From IMG/VR virus record IMGVR_UViG_3300031758_000068, positions 1 to 63,596 of that record: 63,596 nt of DNA. One strand, 5' to 3'. Position numbers and translations under genes: made by a program. The notes beneath the pieces were generated by a model that had not been told where the DNA came from, made no database searches, and saw nothing but the letters and a program-made list of their open reading frames with translations. Origin of the DNA: a virus. Its lineage: Duplodnaviria; Caudoviricetes. Of the stretch, positions 54,781-63,480 are shown in pieces (within the stretch, counting starts at the first letter, position 1; each line of letters opens with the position of its first letter).

Positions 54781-55199
54781 TACTCTTTAGTTTCACTTAG
54801 CAAATCACCTTCATGAGTGTAATCTTCAGTATGAGTAATGTAAATGCTATTGTTGATTTTATACTTACCAGAAGGTACAAGTATACTTACTTTACCATAA
54901 CCCCCATCATTATTCCACCAATCTTCAATACCATCTAGAATATACTGAGATAGAAAGTCATTAAGATCATCATTCATACTATAACTTAAAGCACGCAGAT
55001 ACTTAGCATTTGGACTATATGTATCTATTGAATCAATCTGATCAATTGCAATCTCATCATCTTCATCTAATTTGTCTGTGGTATATACTATATCATCAAT
55101 AGCACCTGAATCTCCACCACCTGAATAAGTTACTAAAAGTCCGGTCACGCCTTCATTGGCCAACTTAACTAAGAGGCCTGTCATTTCTAATTCTGTCAT
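54780..55199 (-). CDS. Acidic protein, DUF6878-like
   Basis: VTYSGGGDSGAID...DWWNNDGGYG pattern. ATG at 55199 preferred because the track's start (55247) lies inside the next small ORF. Confidence 0.65.
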   Translation of the reverse strand: MTELEMTGLLVKLANEGVTGLLVTYSGGGDSGAIDDIVYTTDKLDEDDEIAIDQIDSIDTYSPNAKYLRALSYSMNDDLNDFLSQYILDGIEDWWNNDGGYGKVSILVPSGKYKINNSIYITHTEDYTHEGDLLSETKE

Positions 55200-55201
55200 A
55201 G

Positions 55202-55372
55202 TTATCTTGAAATTATGTGATTTACTACTCTTTCCCAATAGTCCCAATGAACCATAGGAGCAAGAGCTTTAGCAGCATGAGCAGAGTTCAATGCTTCTGT
55301 CTTTGCTTTTTCTGGGCCGTGAAGTTTTAGAGAGTTCTTATAGATCTCTTCAGCCTTTTCTTTTGAACGCAT
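55202..55372 (-). CDS. Small hypothetical protein (56 aa, MRSKEKAEEIY...YWERVVNHIISR), not in the ORF track
   Basis: ATG at 55372 to TAA at 55202 fills the gap exactly, 1-2 nt from each neighbour. Confidence 0.7.
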   Translation of the reverse strand: MRSKEKAEEIYKNSLKLHGPEKAKTEALNSAHAAKALAPMVHWDYWERVVNHIISR

Positions 55373-55373
55373 A

Positions 55374-55799
55374 TTACTTTGTTTTGTAAAACCTACCTAA
55401 GATATTCCCGTTTAGGAATTCTTCTTTCTCAAGTACCTCATATTGGAATAAGTACTTTGTTTCCTGATATGTAAGCTCTGTAGCTGAATGGCAAATAGTT
55501 AAGATTTCACGGTGAATAACCGTATTCTTTTTGTGAGCCTCTTGTAAAACCTTATTACTGCTATAGTATTGCTTGTAATTCAGTTTAGTCTCCTTTGTGT
55601 ACTTCTTAACTCTTTGGTCTGTTAAAGCTGCCAAAGCCTTTTTACCCATCTTCTTTTTGGTGACGGAGTAAAAGTTCTTCTTACCAATATACCTTACACA
55701 CTTACCATCTATAATGGCAGTCATCATGTATATGAAGCCTACAGCTCCTTCAGGAATCATTGAGTCTTTGAACTCAACGTTTTTGTATATCCAACTCAT
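55374..55799 (-). CDS. GIY-YIG-like nuclease
   Basis: GFIY...RYIGKK...YYSS...E...LN pattern. Confidence 0.65.
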   Translation of the reverse strand: MSWIYKNVEFKDSMIPEGAVGFIYMMTAIIDGKCVRYIGKKNFYSVTKKKMGKKALAALTDQRVKKYTKETKLNYKQYYSSNKVLQEAHKKNTVIHREILTICHSATELTYQETKYLFQYEVLEKEEFLNGNILGRFYKTK

Positions 55800-56772
55800 T
55801 TAATAAAGATAATAATTTTTCTTTGACTTTAATAAGACCATGAGCCTTAACTGAATCAGATAAATCCTTCTCCATATCAAGCACTACATAGCTAACACCA
55901 TAGTTTTCCTGATACTTCTTGGCAGCTGCAATACCCGGTTCATCATTGTCAAACAAGACAATTACTTTCTTAAACCTTTGCTTCAATATATGCATACCAG
56001 TTTTAGTAATCATACTGTTCTCACTGTCCGGAGCAATTGACTGATAGCCTACTAGTCCAAGTTTTCTGAATGCCATTAAGTCTTTGAGAGATGAGGTAAT
56101 AATCAAAGCATCACAACTACTAGATGTTAACTGATCAGAACCCTGTGTGTAATTCTCAACCTTGATAAACTTCTTCTCTGGATTCTTGGGCATATAGATC
56201 TTGTACAAAGAGCCATCATTCCTGAAATAACCATAAACATACTTTCTATTGAATTTAACAGACTTGATACTACCATCTAGTTCTGTCTTCTCCATAGTAA
56301 AGAACTCTAGCGGAGATACATTATAGTGCTCTAATAACTTAGAACCTATCTTGTAACTCATCCAATAAGCCTCATCAAGGTTAGTCCAGTGTCTGATTTC
56401 ATAGTCAGTGACTTTGTACTTGTCATGAAACTGATGCTCTACAGTTACAGAGATGTTATTATCCTTGACATAGGCAGCATAATCTGTGACAATTCTATTC
56501 ACCGTGTTGGCAAATGTCCCAAGATTAAACAAGCAGGTTACCAAATGAATTGCATCACCCTGATGACCTGAAGAAAAATCCTTGAACTTGTACTGTGCAT
56601 TGACTGTGTCAAAGTAAATAAACATTGACGGTACCTTATCACTTGAGTTGAATGCAGATAGGATCTTTACATCCTGACCGGTGAGTCTTTCTTTGAGATT
56701 TAAATAATACTCAAATATCCATTCTCTTGGCACGTCTTCTATGCCCCCAATAATTGTTTTTGTAGATATCAT
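55774..56772 (-). CDS. DNA primase (TOPRIM)
   Basis: N-terminal PSM.IY...YKFKDFSSG..GD, TOPRIM IITSSLKD...LFDNDEPG...KDLSD. Confidence 0.85.
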   Translation of the reverse strand: MISTKTIIGGIEDVPREWIFEYYLNLKERLTGQDVKILSAFNSSDKVPSMFIYFDTVNAQYKFKDFSSGHQGDAIHLVTCLFNLGTFANTVNRIVTDYAAYVKDNNISVTVEHQFHDKYKVTDYEIRHWTNLDEAYWMSYKIGSKLLEHYNVSPLEFFTMEKTELDGSIKSVKFNRKYVYGYFRNDGSLYKIYMPKNPEKKFIKVENYTQGSDQLTSSSCDALIITSSLKDLMAFRKLGLVGYQSIAPDSENSMITKTGMHILKQRFKKVIVLFDNDEPGIAAAKKYQENYGVSYVVLDMEKDLSDSVKAHGLIKVKEKLLSLLNELDIQKR

Positions 56773-56790
56773 AACGTGTAAATTTAATAG

Positions 56791-56818
56791 AAAAGGGGGA
56801 ACCGTATGACTCCCCCTT
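56791..56818 (-). terminator. Intrinsic terminator downstream of the SSB-like gene
   Basis: Minus strand AAGGGGGAGTC-ATAC-GGTTCCCCCTTTTCT. Confidence 0.75.
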
Positions 56819-56836
56819 AACTATAAGCTGTTATGC

Positions 56837-57517
56837 TTAGTCAAGACTGAAGTCAGAAGATGATCTTGTTGGAATATCCAAATCATCATCACCGAAATCC
56901 TTTACAGGTTTTACTTCTAGTTTCTTAAGGTGGTCTGCCTCATTGTAAGGGATAACTTTAGAACCCTTAGCTGCATAAGCATACCCATCTTTAGAACCTT
57001 TTGGTAACCACATATCGTAATTAGTGTAACCAGTTTTACCTTCATACTCTTTACCAGCAACACAGAAGTCAAGATATTTATCTTTGAAAGGAGCATCCTT
57101 AGCAAATGCATTAACTAACTCCTCAATTGTGTCATGCTTGTTGTCTTGAGCCAAGAACCAATCATTGATTCCTAGAGTCTTGCACAAATTCTGTAAGAAC
57201 ATCATGATAGATCTATCTCTCTGAATCTTGATACCTGACTTAGTCTCACCATCAGCAAATGCATATTGGCTAGCCTTAACTCTACCAATCTGACCTGCAT
57301 AGTGACCCTTGCTCTCATCATCTTTGTCAATCATAAATCCTTCAAACCCATCAATAGGCTCAGTCTCCATGTTCATCATGAAGTGCACTGCACCATCAAT
57401 AAATTTGAATTCTTCCAAATACACGCTGTTAATCTTTAGTGTGTGGTTTCCCGGTGCAAATGTTTTAGGTAGTCCATTACCACCTTCTTTGCCTAAGTCT
57501 GTTGTGCTTAATGCCAT
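56837..57517 (-). CDS. Putative single-stranded DNA-binding protein
   Basis: Lies between the Sak4-like ATPase and primase, is beta-rich and ends in an acidic/aromatic tail (DFGDDDLD...DFSLD). ATG at 57517 preferred. Confidence 0.55.
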   Translation of the reverse strand: MALSTTDLGKEGGNGLPKTFAPGNHTLKINSVYLEEFKFIDGAVHFMMNMETEPIDGFEGFMIDKDDESKGHYAGQIGRVKASQYAFADGETKSGIKIQRDRSIMMFLQNLCKTLGINDWFLAQDNKHDTIEELVNAFAKDAPFKDKYLDFCVAGKEYEGKTGYTNYDMWLPKGSKDGYAYAAKGSKVIPYNEADHLKKLEVKPVKDFGDDDLDIPTRSSSDFSLD

Positions 57518-57528
57518 CTTTCTTTGTT

Positions 57529-58254
57529 TTATTTGTGTAAAAATACTTTGTCCCACGTTGTATGCAAGACATTGTCAATCATTTCTGTAATTACTATCTC
57601 TTCATTTCTGAGATGTTCTGGTCTTGCACCGCAAGTCACTTCATCATTGGTCTTGAATGATAGAATGGTCTTATTACCTTTTCTATACATGTAACCAATA
57701 GCATCCGCCTGTGCACAAATCAGGGACTTAATCTTACCTGTCAAATCAATATTGGCAGACATAACTAACTCACCTTTATCATCCACTTGTTTGTCTTTGA
57801 TGTGACCTGACAAGATAATTGTTGGTGCTAAGCCATCAATAAAGTCCAAGACTTGGAAAAATGCCTGGCGAATATATAAATATCCTGCACCATTTGGCAA
57901 ATTGATTACAGTATCTCCGTCAAAGTTCTTACCCATAGGCGTCTGCTTATAGAGTTTGATAGCCAATGGCATAATCATTTCCTCTAATGCAGTTACAGTA
58001 TCTATGGTAACATAATCATACGGTTTTCCTGCCTCCTTGATAGCCTTACCGGCATCTAAGAGCTCTTGTAAATTACTGATCTTGACTTTCATAGCTTCAA
58101 CATAATCAGTTCCGTTTTCCAAATCAAGAATGAGATTATTCTCAAGACCAGCATACGCTGTGGTTTTACCGGTCTTTGGTTTAGAATAGATAACTATTCT
58201 CTTGGGGTTTACTCTCTCCCCTTTAACTTTTGCAGTTGGCAATATTATTCCCAT
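57529..58254 (-). CDS. Sak4-like (AAA_24) P-loop ATPase / single-strand annealing protein
   Basis: YSKPKTGKTT, LILDLENG, VTIDTVT, IILSGH, ADAIGY. Confidence 0.8.
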   Translation of the reverse strand: MGIILPTAKVKGERVNPKRIVIYSKPKTGKTTAYAGLENNLILDLENGTDYVEAMKVKISNLQELLDAGKAIKEAGKPYDYVTIDTVTALEEMIMPLAIKLYKQTPMGKNFDGDTVINLPNGAGYLYIRQAFFQVLDFIDGLAPTIILSGHIKDKQVDDKGELVMSANIDLTGKIKSLICAQADAIGYMYRKGNKTILSFKTNDEVTCGARPEHLRNEEIVITEMIDNVLHTTWDKVFLHK

Positions 58255-58257
58255 AAC

Positions 58258-58788
58258 TTAAGAATTAATGATGTCATTTAACCACTTCTTGTTGCTCACA
58301 GGTTTCTTTAGCATGATTGCTGCAAGGTCTCTAATTGTGACTTGATCCAATGGTGCATCCATGTCCGGGTCCATAATCTCATCAAAGTCTGGGAATTGAC
58401 CAACTGGCTCTTCAACTGGTTGTTGAACATCAATTTTAATCAGTTCTGAAACAGGGACAAGATATCTGAAGTGACCATTGGCTGCGGGTTCAGTCTTCTC
58501 ATACTCTTCTTCATAGTGAGGATTAAATCTCCACTTGTAAAGAGTTCTGGTAGGATCTTCAGGATCTAGGTCAATACTTGTGAACTCAGTATAGATATCC
58601 TTACCTTTCTTAACTTCACTAAGAAAGAATCCAATGTGTTGCTCTCCCATGCCTTTAGGCACATAAGCACACTTGGGGATAAATACTGGGTTGTCTTCAC
58701 CTAGTAACTTGAATTTCCAATCATGAAACACATACAGTTCTTCAGTCTTTTCTTGCCTGTTGATTGTAGGTTTTGTTGTTAAACTCAT
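58258..58788 (-). CDS. Hypothetical protein
   Basis: 176-aa ORF packed between the helicase and Sak4-like genes. Confidence 0.7.
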   Translation of the reverse strand: MSLTTKPTINRQEKTEELYVFHDWKFKLLGEDNPVFIPKCAYVPKGMGEQHIGFFLSEVKKGKDIYTEFTSIDLDPEDPTRTLYKWRFNPHYEEEYEKTEPAANGHFRYLVPVSELIKIDVQQPVEEPVGQFPDFDEIMDPDMDAPLDQVTIRDLAAIMLKKPVSNKKWLNDIINS

Positions 58789-58794
58789 AATGTA

Positions 58795-59805
58795 CTATTT
58801 TGTTGTTAATCTTTTCTCCTGTATAGGAGGTGTAATCATCTCTGCAATACTCATCTTTTCAAATTCAGCCTTAAAGAAACATAGTCCGGTTTCACCATTT
58901 CTTGATTTAAGAAAGTGTAGTACTAAGACTTTGTCATCTTCAATCACATACCTATCTGGTCCATAAAATCTAATCTTCTGTTTAGCAGGTCTATTGATAC
59001 CAATTACAGTATCAGCATGCTGAAGAATAGCATCTGAGCCAAATATATCAGACTCTAACACATAATTACCATACTTACCTTCTTCACTTCTCTCTGGGTT
59101 GTCAATATTTCTATTGAGCTGACTCAAGAGTATAAATGCTACCGGCCACTGTCTTTTAAGAGATGTAATTGCTTCACCTAGGTTTGCTAGCATGTCCTGC
59201 TTAGACTTTTCTGTAGGTCCGTTCTTAAATAGTACAGAGTGATCTATAGTAATCAGTGCTTTTGTAAAAATCAGATTATTCTCAGAATCATAATGCGCAT
59301 GGTCCAACATGTATTCCCCTACTATTTGCTTGAACTCTTCAACGGTACAAGACTTCTCTACTACGTCTATGGGATATTTTATTTTGGCTTTTGCGTAATC
59401 ATAACATTTTTGTAAATCATCACTTGAAAGTTTTCCATCAGCACTACATAAGTACTTGTAAGACCTACCAATCACACTGGAATACTCACGTATTGCAGAA
59501 GTTCTTGCTAGCATCTCAAATTGGAATTGCAGGACTCTAAAGTTCTCACCGGGGTTAAGAGGAAAGGACTCTCTTACAATTTGCTCTGCAATAAGAGTCT
59601 TACCACTAGCAGGTCTACCGGCAATCACAGTGAAGGTATTCCACTCTAATCCATCTGTAGTTGCATTATTAAATTTTGCCCATGGTGTTCTGAGACTCTT
59701 AATCTCACCCTTCATTCTACCCTGTAGATATCTCAGAGATTCCTGAAAACCTTCACGTTGACTGTTCCACTTTTTCTTTGGACCAGCCTTTTCTTTGTTA
59801 TCCAT
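58795..59805 (-). CDS. DnaB-like (SF4) replicative helicase, ATPase domain only
   Basis: AGRPASGKT, FEM, ITIDH, LSQLNR, SDIFGSDAILQHAD, KSRNG. Confidence 0.92.
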   Translation of the reverse strand: MDNKEKAGPKKKWNSQREGFQESLRYLQGRMKGEIKSLRTPWAKFNNATTDGLEWNTFTVIAGRPASGKTLIAEQIVRESFPLNPGENFRVLQFQFEMLARTSAIREYSSVIGRSYKYLCSADGKLSSDDLQKCYDYAKAKIKYPIDVVEKSCTVEEFKQIVGEYMLDHAHYDSENNLIFTKALITIDHSVLFKNGPTEKSKQDMLANLGEAITSLKRQWPVAFILLSQLNRNIDNPERSEEGKYGNYVLESDIFGSDAILQHADTVIGINRPAKQKIRFYGPDRYVIEDDKVLVLHFLKSRNGETGLCFFKAEFEKMSIAEMITPPIQEKRLTTK

Positions 59806-59807
59806 AT

Positions 59808-59987
59808 TTACCTGTTTATTTCCTTCTGCTTGACATGTTCATACAGCATATGAAGTAGTGTTACTACAACTTCAATACTGAAGTATTGCCAAAAGGTCAC
59901 TGAGATTATAAATAGATCAACTACTTTGTACCCAATGAGAGTCCCCATTAATGCTATAACGAGGATCTTTAATTTGTAGTTTATCAA
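59808..59987 (-). CDS. Small membrane protein (59 aa, two hydrophobic segments), not in the ORF track
   Basis: The TTG start overlaps the upstream TGA. Reads MINYKLKILVIALMGTLIGYKVVDLFIISVTFWQYFSIEVVVTLLHML... and stops 2 nt before the helicase ATG. Confidence 0.6.
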   Translation of the reverse strand: MINYKLKILVIALMGTLIGYKVVDLFIISVTFWQYFSIEVVVTLLHMLYEHVKQKEINR

Positions 59988-60574
59988 AATACTTTTTCAC
60001 TAAAATGTTTGTCATCAATTCCTGTTTCTCCATTGGTAATCATATCACAATAATTTGCTAACTCTGAATCATATGTCTTATCAGCATTCTGTTTGCGGAT
60101 AAAGTACTGAGAAGTTCTCATGTACTTGTAACCTTGTCTTTCATACTGATCTAGATACAATTTTGTGGCATCTAATACTGTTTCCCATGAGTAAGTATGA
60201 TTCTCAAAGAACCACTTGAAATTACCTTCAAGGTTCTTCTTATCTGATCTTGCATATTTACCGCTGGGAAGCTTAAATTTAGGAAAAAGTTCCAAATAAG
60301 CCTCAATATTTGCCATAAAATGATCACCCATAACGGCCTTTGCTGACTTCTTTTTACTTGTCTTGAAGAATCCTTCTATGTCTTGTATAAAGGCAACTGA
60401 TTTAGGTGTCAATTCTCCGGCTCCTGTTAACCACTCATCAGAAATAAGTCTCATCTTTTCCAGAGCTAAGCTCATACTGATTACGGGAACCATGTTTTCT
60501 TTTTTACACCACAACAAATAGAATTGGTTTGGTGTAAGGTCTGCTTTGATTAGTCTGTTGAATATTTCTTCCAT
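59984..60574 (-). CDS. Hypothetical protein, possible replication initiator/helicase loader
   Basis: Located upstream of the helicase. The aromatic helical C-terminal part (YLELFP...FKWFF...YM.TSQYFI) resembles phage initiator C-terminal domains; the function is inferred. Confidence 0.5.
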   Translation of the reverse strand: MEEIFNRLIKADLTPNQFYLLWCKKENMVPVISMSLALEKMRLISDEWLTGAGELTPKSVAFIQDIEGFFKTSKKKSAKAVMGDHFMANIEAYLELFPKFKLPSGKYARSDKKNLEGNFKWFFENHTYSWETVLDATKLYLDQYERQGYKYMRTSQYFIRKQNADKTYDSELANYCDMITNGETGIDDKHFSEKVF

Positions 60575-61287
60575 CACCATTCAATATCAAAGTTGTTATT
60601 CTTCTTGAGTATGTCTTTGATTTCATTAAACACATTCTTGCAGTCCCATTCTTTTAAGCCGGTATAACTTGCGGCAGCTGGATGACTAATAAAGAACTTG
60701 TAATTGTTATCATTAACACAATCAGCCCACTCTTCTGCTTTCTTGCCTAGATAGACATAGATTAGCCCTGGACAGTGCCAAGTAAGCCAATCAAATAGAT
60801 ATGCAGCAAAGGGCTTCCAAATTAGATAGTGCTGACCTATCTTACCTACATTAGTTGTCAAAGCTGTATTAAACATCAGAACACCTTGATTAGCCCACCT
60901 TGTAAGGTCCTTATCTGTGGAAATCTGTTCATTGTCATATACGGTTCTATTGACAGCATTTAACAGGTACTTTAAACTTGGTTGCATATCATCTGTCTGA
61001 CTTAGACTGAATGATATACCATCCGCATGTCCTAATCCAGGGTATGGATCCTGACCTATGATTACTACCTTGATATCAGTATATGGACACTCTTCAAATG
61101 CCCGGAACCAATTCTTCATAGTAGGAGTAAACCTCTTACCGTCTTTAGCTTGTTTAGCCAACTCTACTATGATGTTATCAAAGTCTCTACTGTATATGAA
61201 TCCTCTCAGGACTCTAGCCCAACCTGATGGTTGTAGCTTAGCCATTATCTTCTCTTTTATTTCTTCAATGTCTAGTTTTTCTGTCAT
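60574..61287 (-). CDS. ung: Uracil-DNA glycosylase (family 1)
   Basis: KVVIIGQDPYP, ADGISFS, PSL, WANQGVLMFNTALT, HPA. Confidence 0.95.
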   Translation of the reverse strand: MTEKLDIEEIKEKIMAKLQPSGWARVLRGFIYSRDFDNIIVELAKQAKDGKRFTPTMKNWFRAFEECPYTDIKVVIIGQDPYPGLGHADGISFSLSQTDDMQPSLKYLLNAVNRTVYDNEQISTDKDLTRWANQGVLMFNTALTTNVGKIGQHYLIWKPFAAYLFDWLTWHCPGLIYVYLGKKAEEWADCVNDNNYKFFISHPAAASYTGLKEWDCKNVFNEIKDILKKNNNFDIEW

Positions 61288-61308
61288 ATTTTCTATATTT
61301 GTGTTATG
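61288..61308 (+). promoter_or_regulatory. Promoter-like box (TATATTTG) for the inverted gene at 61306
   Basis: TATATTTG at 61294-61301 matches the Bacteroidota -7 consensus TAnnTTTG and closely resembles the motif at 10121. Confidence 0.55.
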
Positions 61309-61620
61309 GCAATTAAAGTTAAAGAACTCAAAGATGATGTGCTCATTGATGTAAAAGTCAATAAGAGCTTCTACATGATGTTAAAAGGGACTATCTATTA
61401 TCTATTCAATCAAATTGAAGATGCTCAGAAAAGAGAAGAAGCCCTCAAGAATGTCATGAACAACAAATATGAAGACATGACTGCTTATGAGCGTTCCTTC
61501 TACACTCTTACTCTTATCATTGCTGAGATAGAAAGAGTTGCTGCTGAACAGAATATGTACAAAGAAGAAACTCTTCTTGAGCCTGATGATGAAGGTTACA
61601 CTGAACCTACTGAAGAATAA
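61306..61620 (+). CDS. Hypothetical protein, the only + strand gene in the replication block
   Basis: 104-aa ATG ORF with natural composition. Fills the gap between ung and the 61607 gene and has its own promoter-like box. Confidence 0.75.
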   Translation: MAIKVKELKDDVLIDVKVNKSFYMMLKGTIYYLFNQIEDAQKREEALKNVMNNKYEDMTAYERSFYTLTLIIAEIERVAAEQNMYKEETLLEPDDEGYTEPTEE

Positions 61621-61993
61621 TATTATTCTGTCTTGCTACATCATTACAAGCCTCAATAGCCAAAGTCATCTCAAGTCCACTGCAATCAGCAAATGATTTG
61701 CAGATTACTTTCTTCTCACCTTCATCTTCTACTTCATAGCACAATCCTGCTTTTTCCTTTATGATCAACTTCATATCATCAAAGGCAAATCCAAGTTCTC
61801 CTGCTAATTCTCTTATACAAGCATGAACTTTACTTATTTGGGCAGGAGATGTTCCCCTGCCCTTAATACATACAAAAATCTCTACTTCTTGACCATCTTT
61901 GACTTTGTCAATGAACTGGTCATACAGGAGCTTATCTTTCCTGTTAGAGTAACTCAACTTAGAATTACTCTTTACTAAAGTTCCTATAAACAT
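61607..61993 (-). CDS. Hypothetical protein, possibly NinB/YbcN-like
   Basis: SPAQ..KVHA.IRELA.ELG...DDMK...KSFADCS..EM...IE pattern. Confidence 0.45.
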   Translation of the reverse strand: MFIGTLVKSNSKLSYSNRKDKLLYDQFIDKVKDGQEVEIFVCIKGRGTSPAQISKVHACIRELAGELGFAFDDMKLIIKEKAGLCYEVEDEGEKKVICKSFADCSGLEMTLAIEACNDVARQNNIILQ

Positions 61994-61998
61994 AACTG

Positions 61999-62256
61999 TT
62001 ATTTTTTCTGCTTAGTCCACTTTCCAAAGAGTGCGACAAGAACCTGCACGTCTTCAATATCCCTGATAACTATACCAGACTCATAGCAATAGACTTTCCA
62101 CTGATCATTAGTAATCTCATCACTGGCATCACTCATCAGAACAAAGTCTGGATTGATCTCTAACTGATAGAAATAGTAATCTGTTTTGTCTCCGGTTTCT
62201 TCTACAAGTTGATCAACTCTTTCAAAACCTTCTGCTATAAGTTCTTGTTCTTTCAT
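61999..62256 (-). CDS. Hypothetical protein
   Basis: 85-aa ORF with an ATGA-type 4-nt overlap with the upstream gene. Confidence 0.7.
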   Translation of the reverse strand: MKEQELIAEGFERVDQLVEETGDKTDYYFYQLEINPDFVLMSDASDEITNDQWKVYCYESGIVIRDIEDVQVLVALFGKWTKQKK

Positions 62257-62699
62257 AATTTATCAAGTTTTTCACCTCTGACTATAAGAGTTGGGTACTT
62301 GCTAACGGCTTCTCTAAACGCTGCAGATACATCTTCACCATGAGGTTTCCACTGACCATGTTGTTTGATTCTTTGCTTTCTAAAGTTATCAATGGCTAGT
62401 AAACCTATGTACAGATTATCCTCATCTTCAGAGCTACACATTCTTGCAATGTTCTCTCTTTCTTCTTCAGTAATTTGTCCTAGTGCAACCAACAAGTTCA
62501 TCTCAAAAGCCAGCATAAAGGCTTTATAGTTCCCTTGTTTAGTACCGCTGTGGTACATATACCAAAGGTAATTAAAATTTCTATCCACTGCCAAAGTCAT
62601 ATTGAAATGCTCTTCTATGATTTTCTTGCATAGTTTATTACGCAACTGAATAGTCTTATTACCTGGTTTTTCTACTGTTAAATCATCATTTGTAATCAT
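62253..62699 (-). CDS. Hypothetical protein
   Basis: 148-aa ORF carrying the MCSSEDEDN motif. Confidence 0.7.
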   Translation of the reverse strand: MITNDDLTVEKPGNKTIQLRNKLCKKIIEEHFNMTLAVDRNFNYLWYMYHSGTKQGNYKAFMLAFEMNLLVALGQITEEERENIARMCSSEDEDNLYIGLLAIDNFRKQRIKQHGQWKPHGEDVSAAFREAVSKYPTLIVRGEKLDKL

Positions 62700-62710
62700 A
62701 CACCTACTTG

Positions 62711-62932
62711 TTAATCTTCAACTTCAATCACTTTGATACCTTCTTTGCGTTCTACTCTAGGCATAACTACAAGACCATCAAGAATAATCTTATCTAAAAT
62801 CTGTGTGTGCTGTGTGATAAGAGTTGCTTCTACATCTCCCTTGGCTATATTAGCAAGGATGGCAATCTCAATATCATTCTCTGGGATAAGAACAATCTTA
62901 GTTGTCCCGTTCATTAGAATCTCTACTTTCAT
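62711..62932 (-). CDS. Small hypothetical protein (MKVEILMNG...)
   Basis: ATG at 62932, 4 nt after the upstream stop. Confidence 0.6.
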   Translation of the reverse strand: MKVEILMNGTTKIVLIPENDIEIAILANIAKGDVEATLITQHTQILDKIILDGLVVMPRVERKEGIKVIEVED

Positions 62933-62936
62933 AATC

Positions 62937-63359
62937 TTAGTTGTTATGGTTTTTAATTTCATCAATGCATTTCAAAGCCTGCTTCTTATTTACAAAGAAA
63001 TGACCTTCCTGAAATGTTACACGGACAAGACCCATCTCATAATTAATCCCAACACTCTGGTCATTGAATGATATGATAATACTGTCTTCACCATTAATTG
63101 TGGATACAATATACACATAGAACATCATAAGATCCTCTTTATTTGAAAATTCAAGACTCTTATAGACTTCAATATGTTTATACGCAGCATCTCTAAAGGA
63201 TACCCAATAAGTTGTTACTGTATCCACAGTAACCTTGTTTATACAATGCAAACCCATGTTTGTACAAAAAACAGTTTCTTGCTTCTTGCTTGAAACCTCA
63301 ATCTGTGCTGATGCATTAAACACCAACAACAAACTCAATAATGCTAATCCTCTTTTCAT
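62937..63359 (-). CDS. Secreted/periplasmic protein with Sec signal peptide
   Basis: ATG at 63359 gives MKRGLALLSLLLVFNASA-QIEV: basic n-region, hydrophobic h-region and A-x-A cleavage site. Confidence 0.7.
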   Translation of the reverse strand: MKRGLALLSLLLVFNASAQIEVSSKKQETVFCTNMGLHCINKVTVDTVTTYWVSFRDAAYKHIEVYKSLEFSNKEDLMMFYVYIVSTINGEDSIIISFNDQSVGINYEMGLVRVTFQEGHFFVNKKQALKCIDEIKNHNN

Positions 63360-63361
63360 AA

Positions 63362-63466
63362 TCAATAAACTAATTGTAAAACAATCACTACACTCATACA
63401 GCATACTATGATGCCAATTGAAACTCCTACAAAGAAGCCTTCCCAAAATCTGTTATTCTTATTCAT
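63362..63466 (-). CDS. 34-aa single-transmembrane peptide, not in the ORF track
   Basis: MNKNNRFWEGFFVGVSIGIIVCCMSVVIVLQLVY; stops 2 nt before the next ATG. Confidence 0.55.
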   Translation of the reverse strand: MNKNNRFWEGFFVGVSIGIIVCCMSVVIVLQLVY

Positions 63467-63480
63467 ACTCAATCATTTAG

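Noticed and set aside
55374-55799. GIY-YIG gene as a mobile homing endonuclease
   Set aside because: It is short, lacks an evident DNA-binding extension and is coupled to the primase gene; more likely a resident nuclease.
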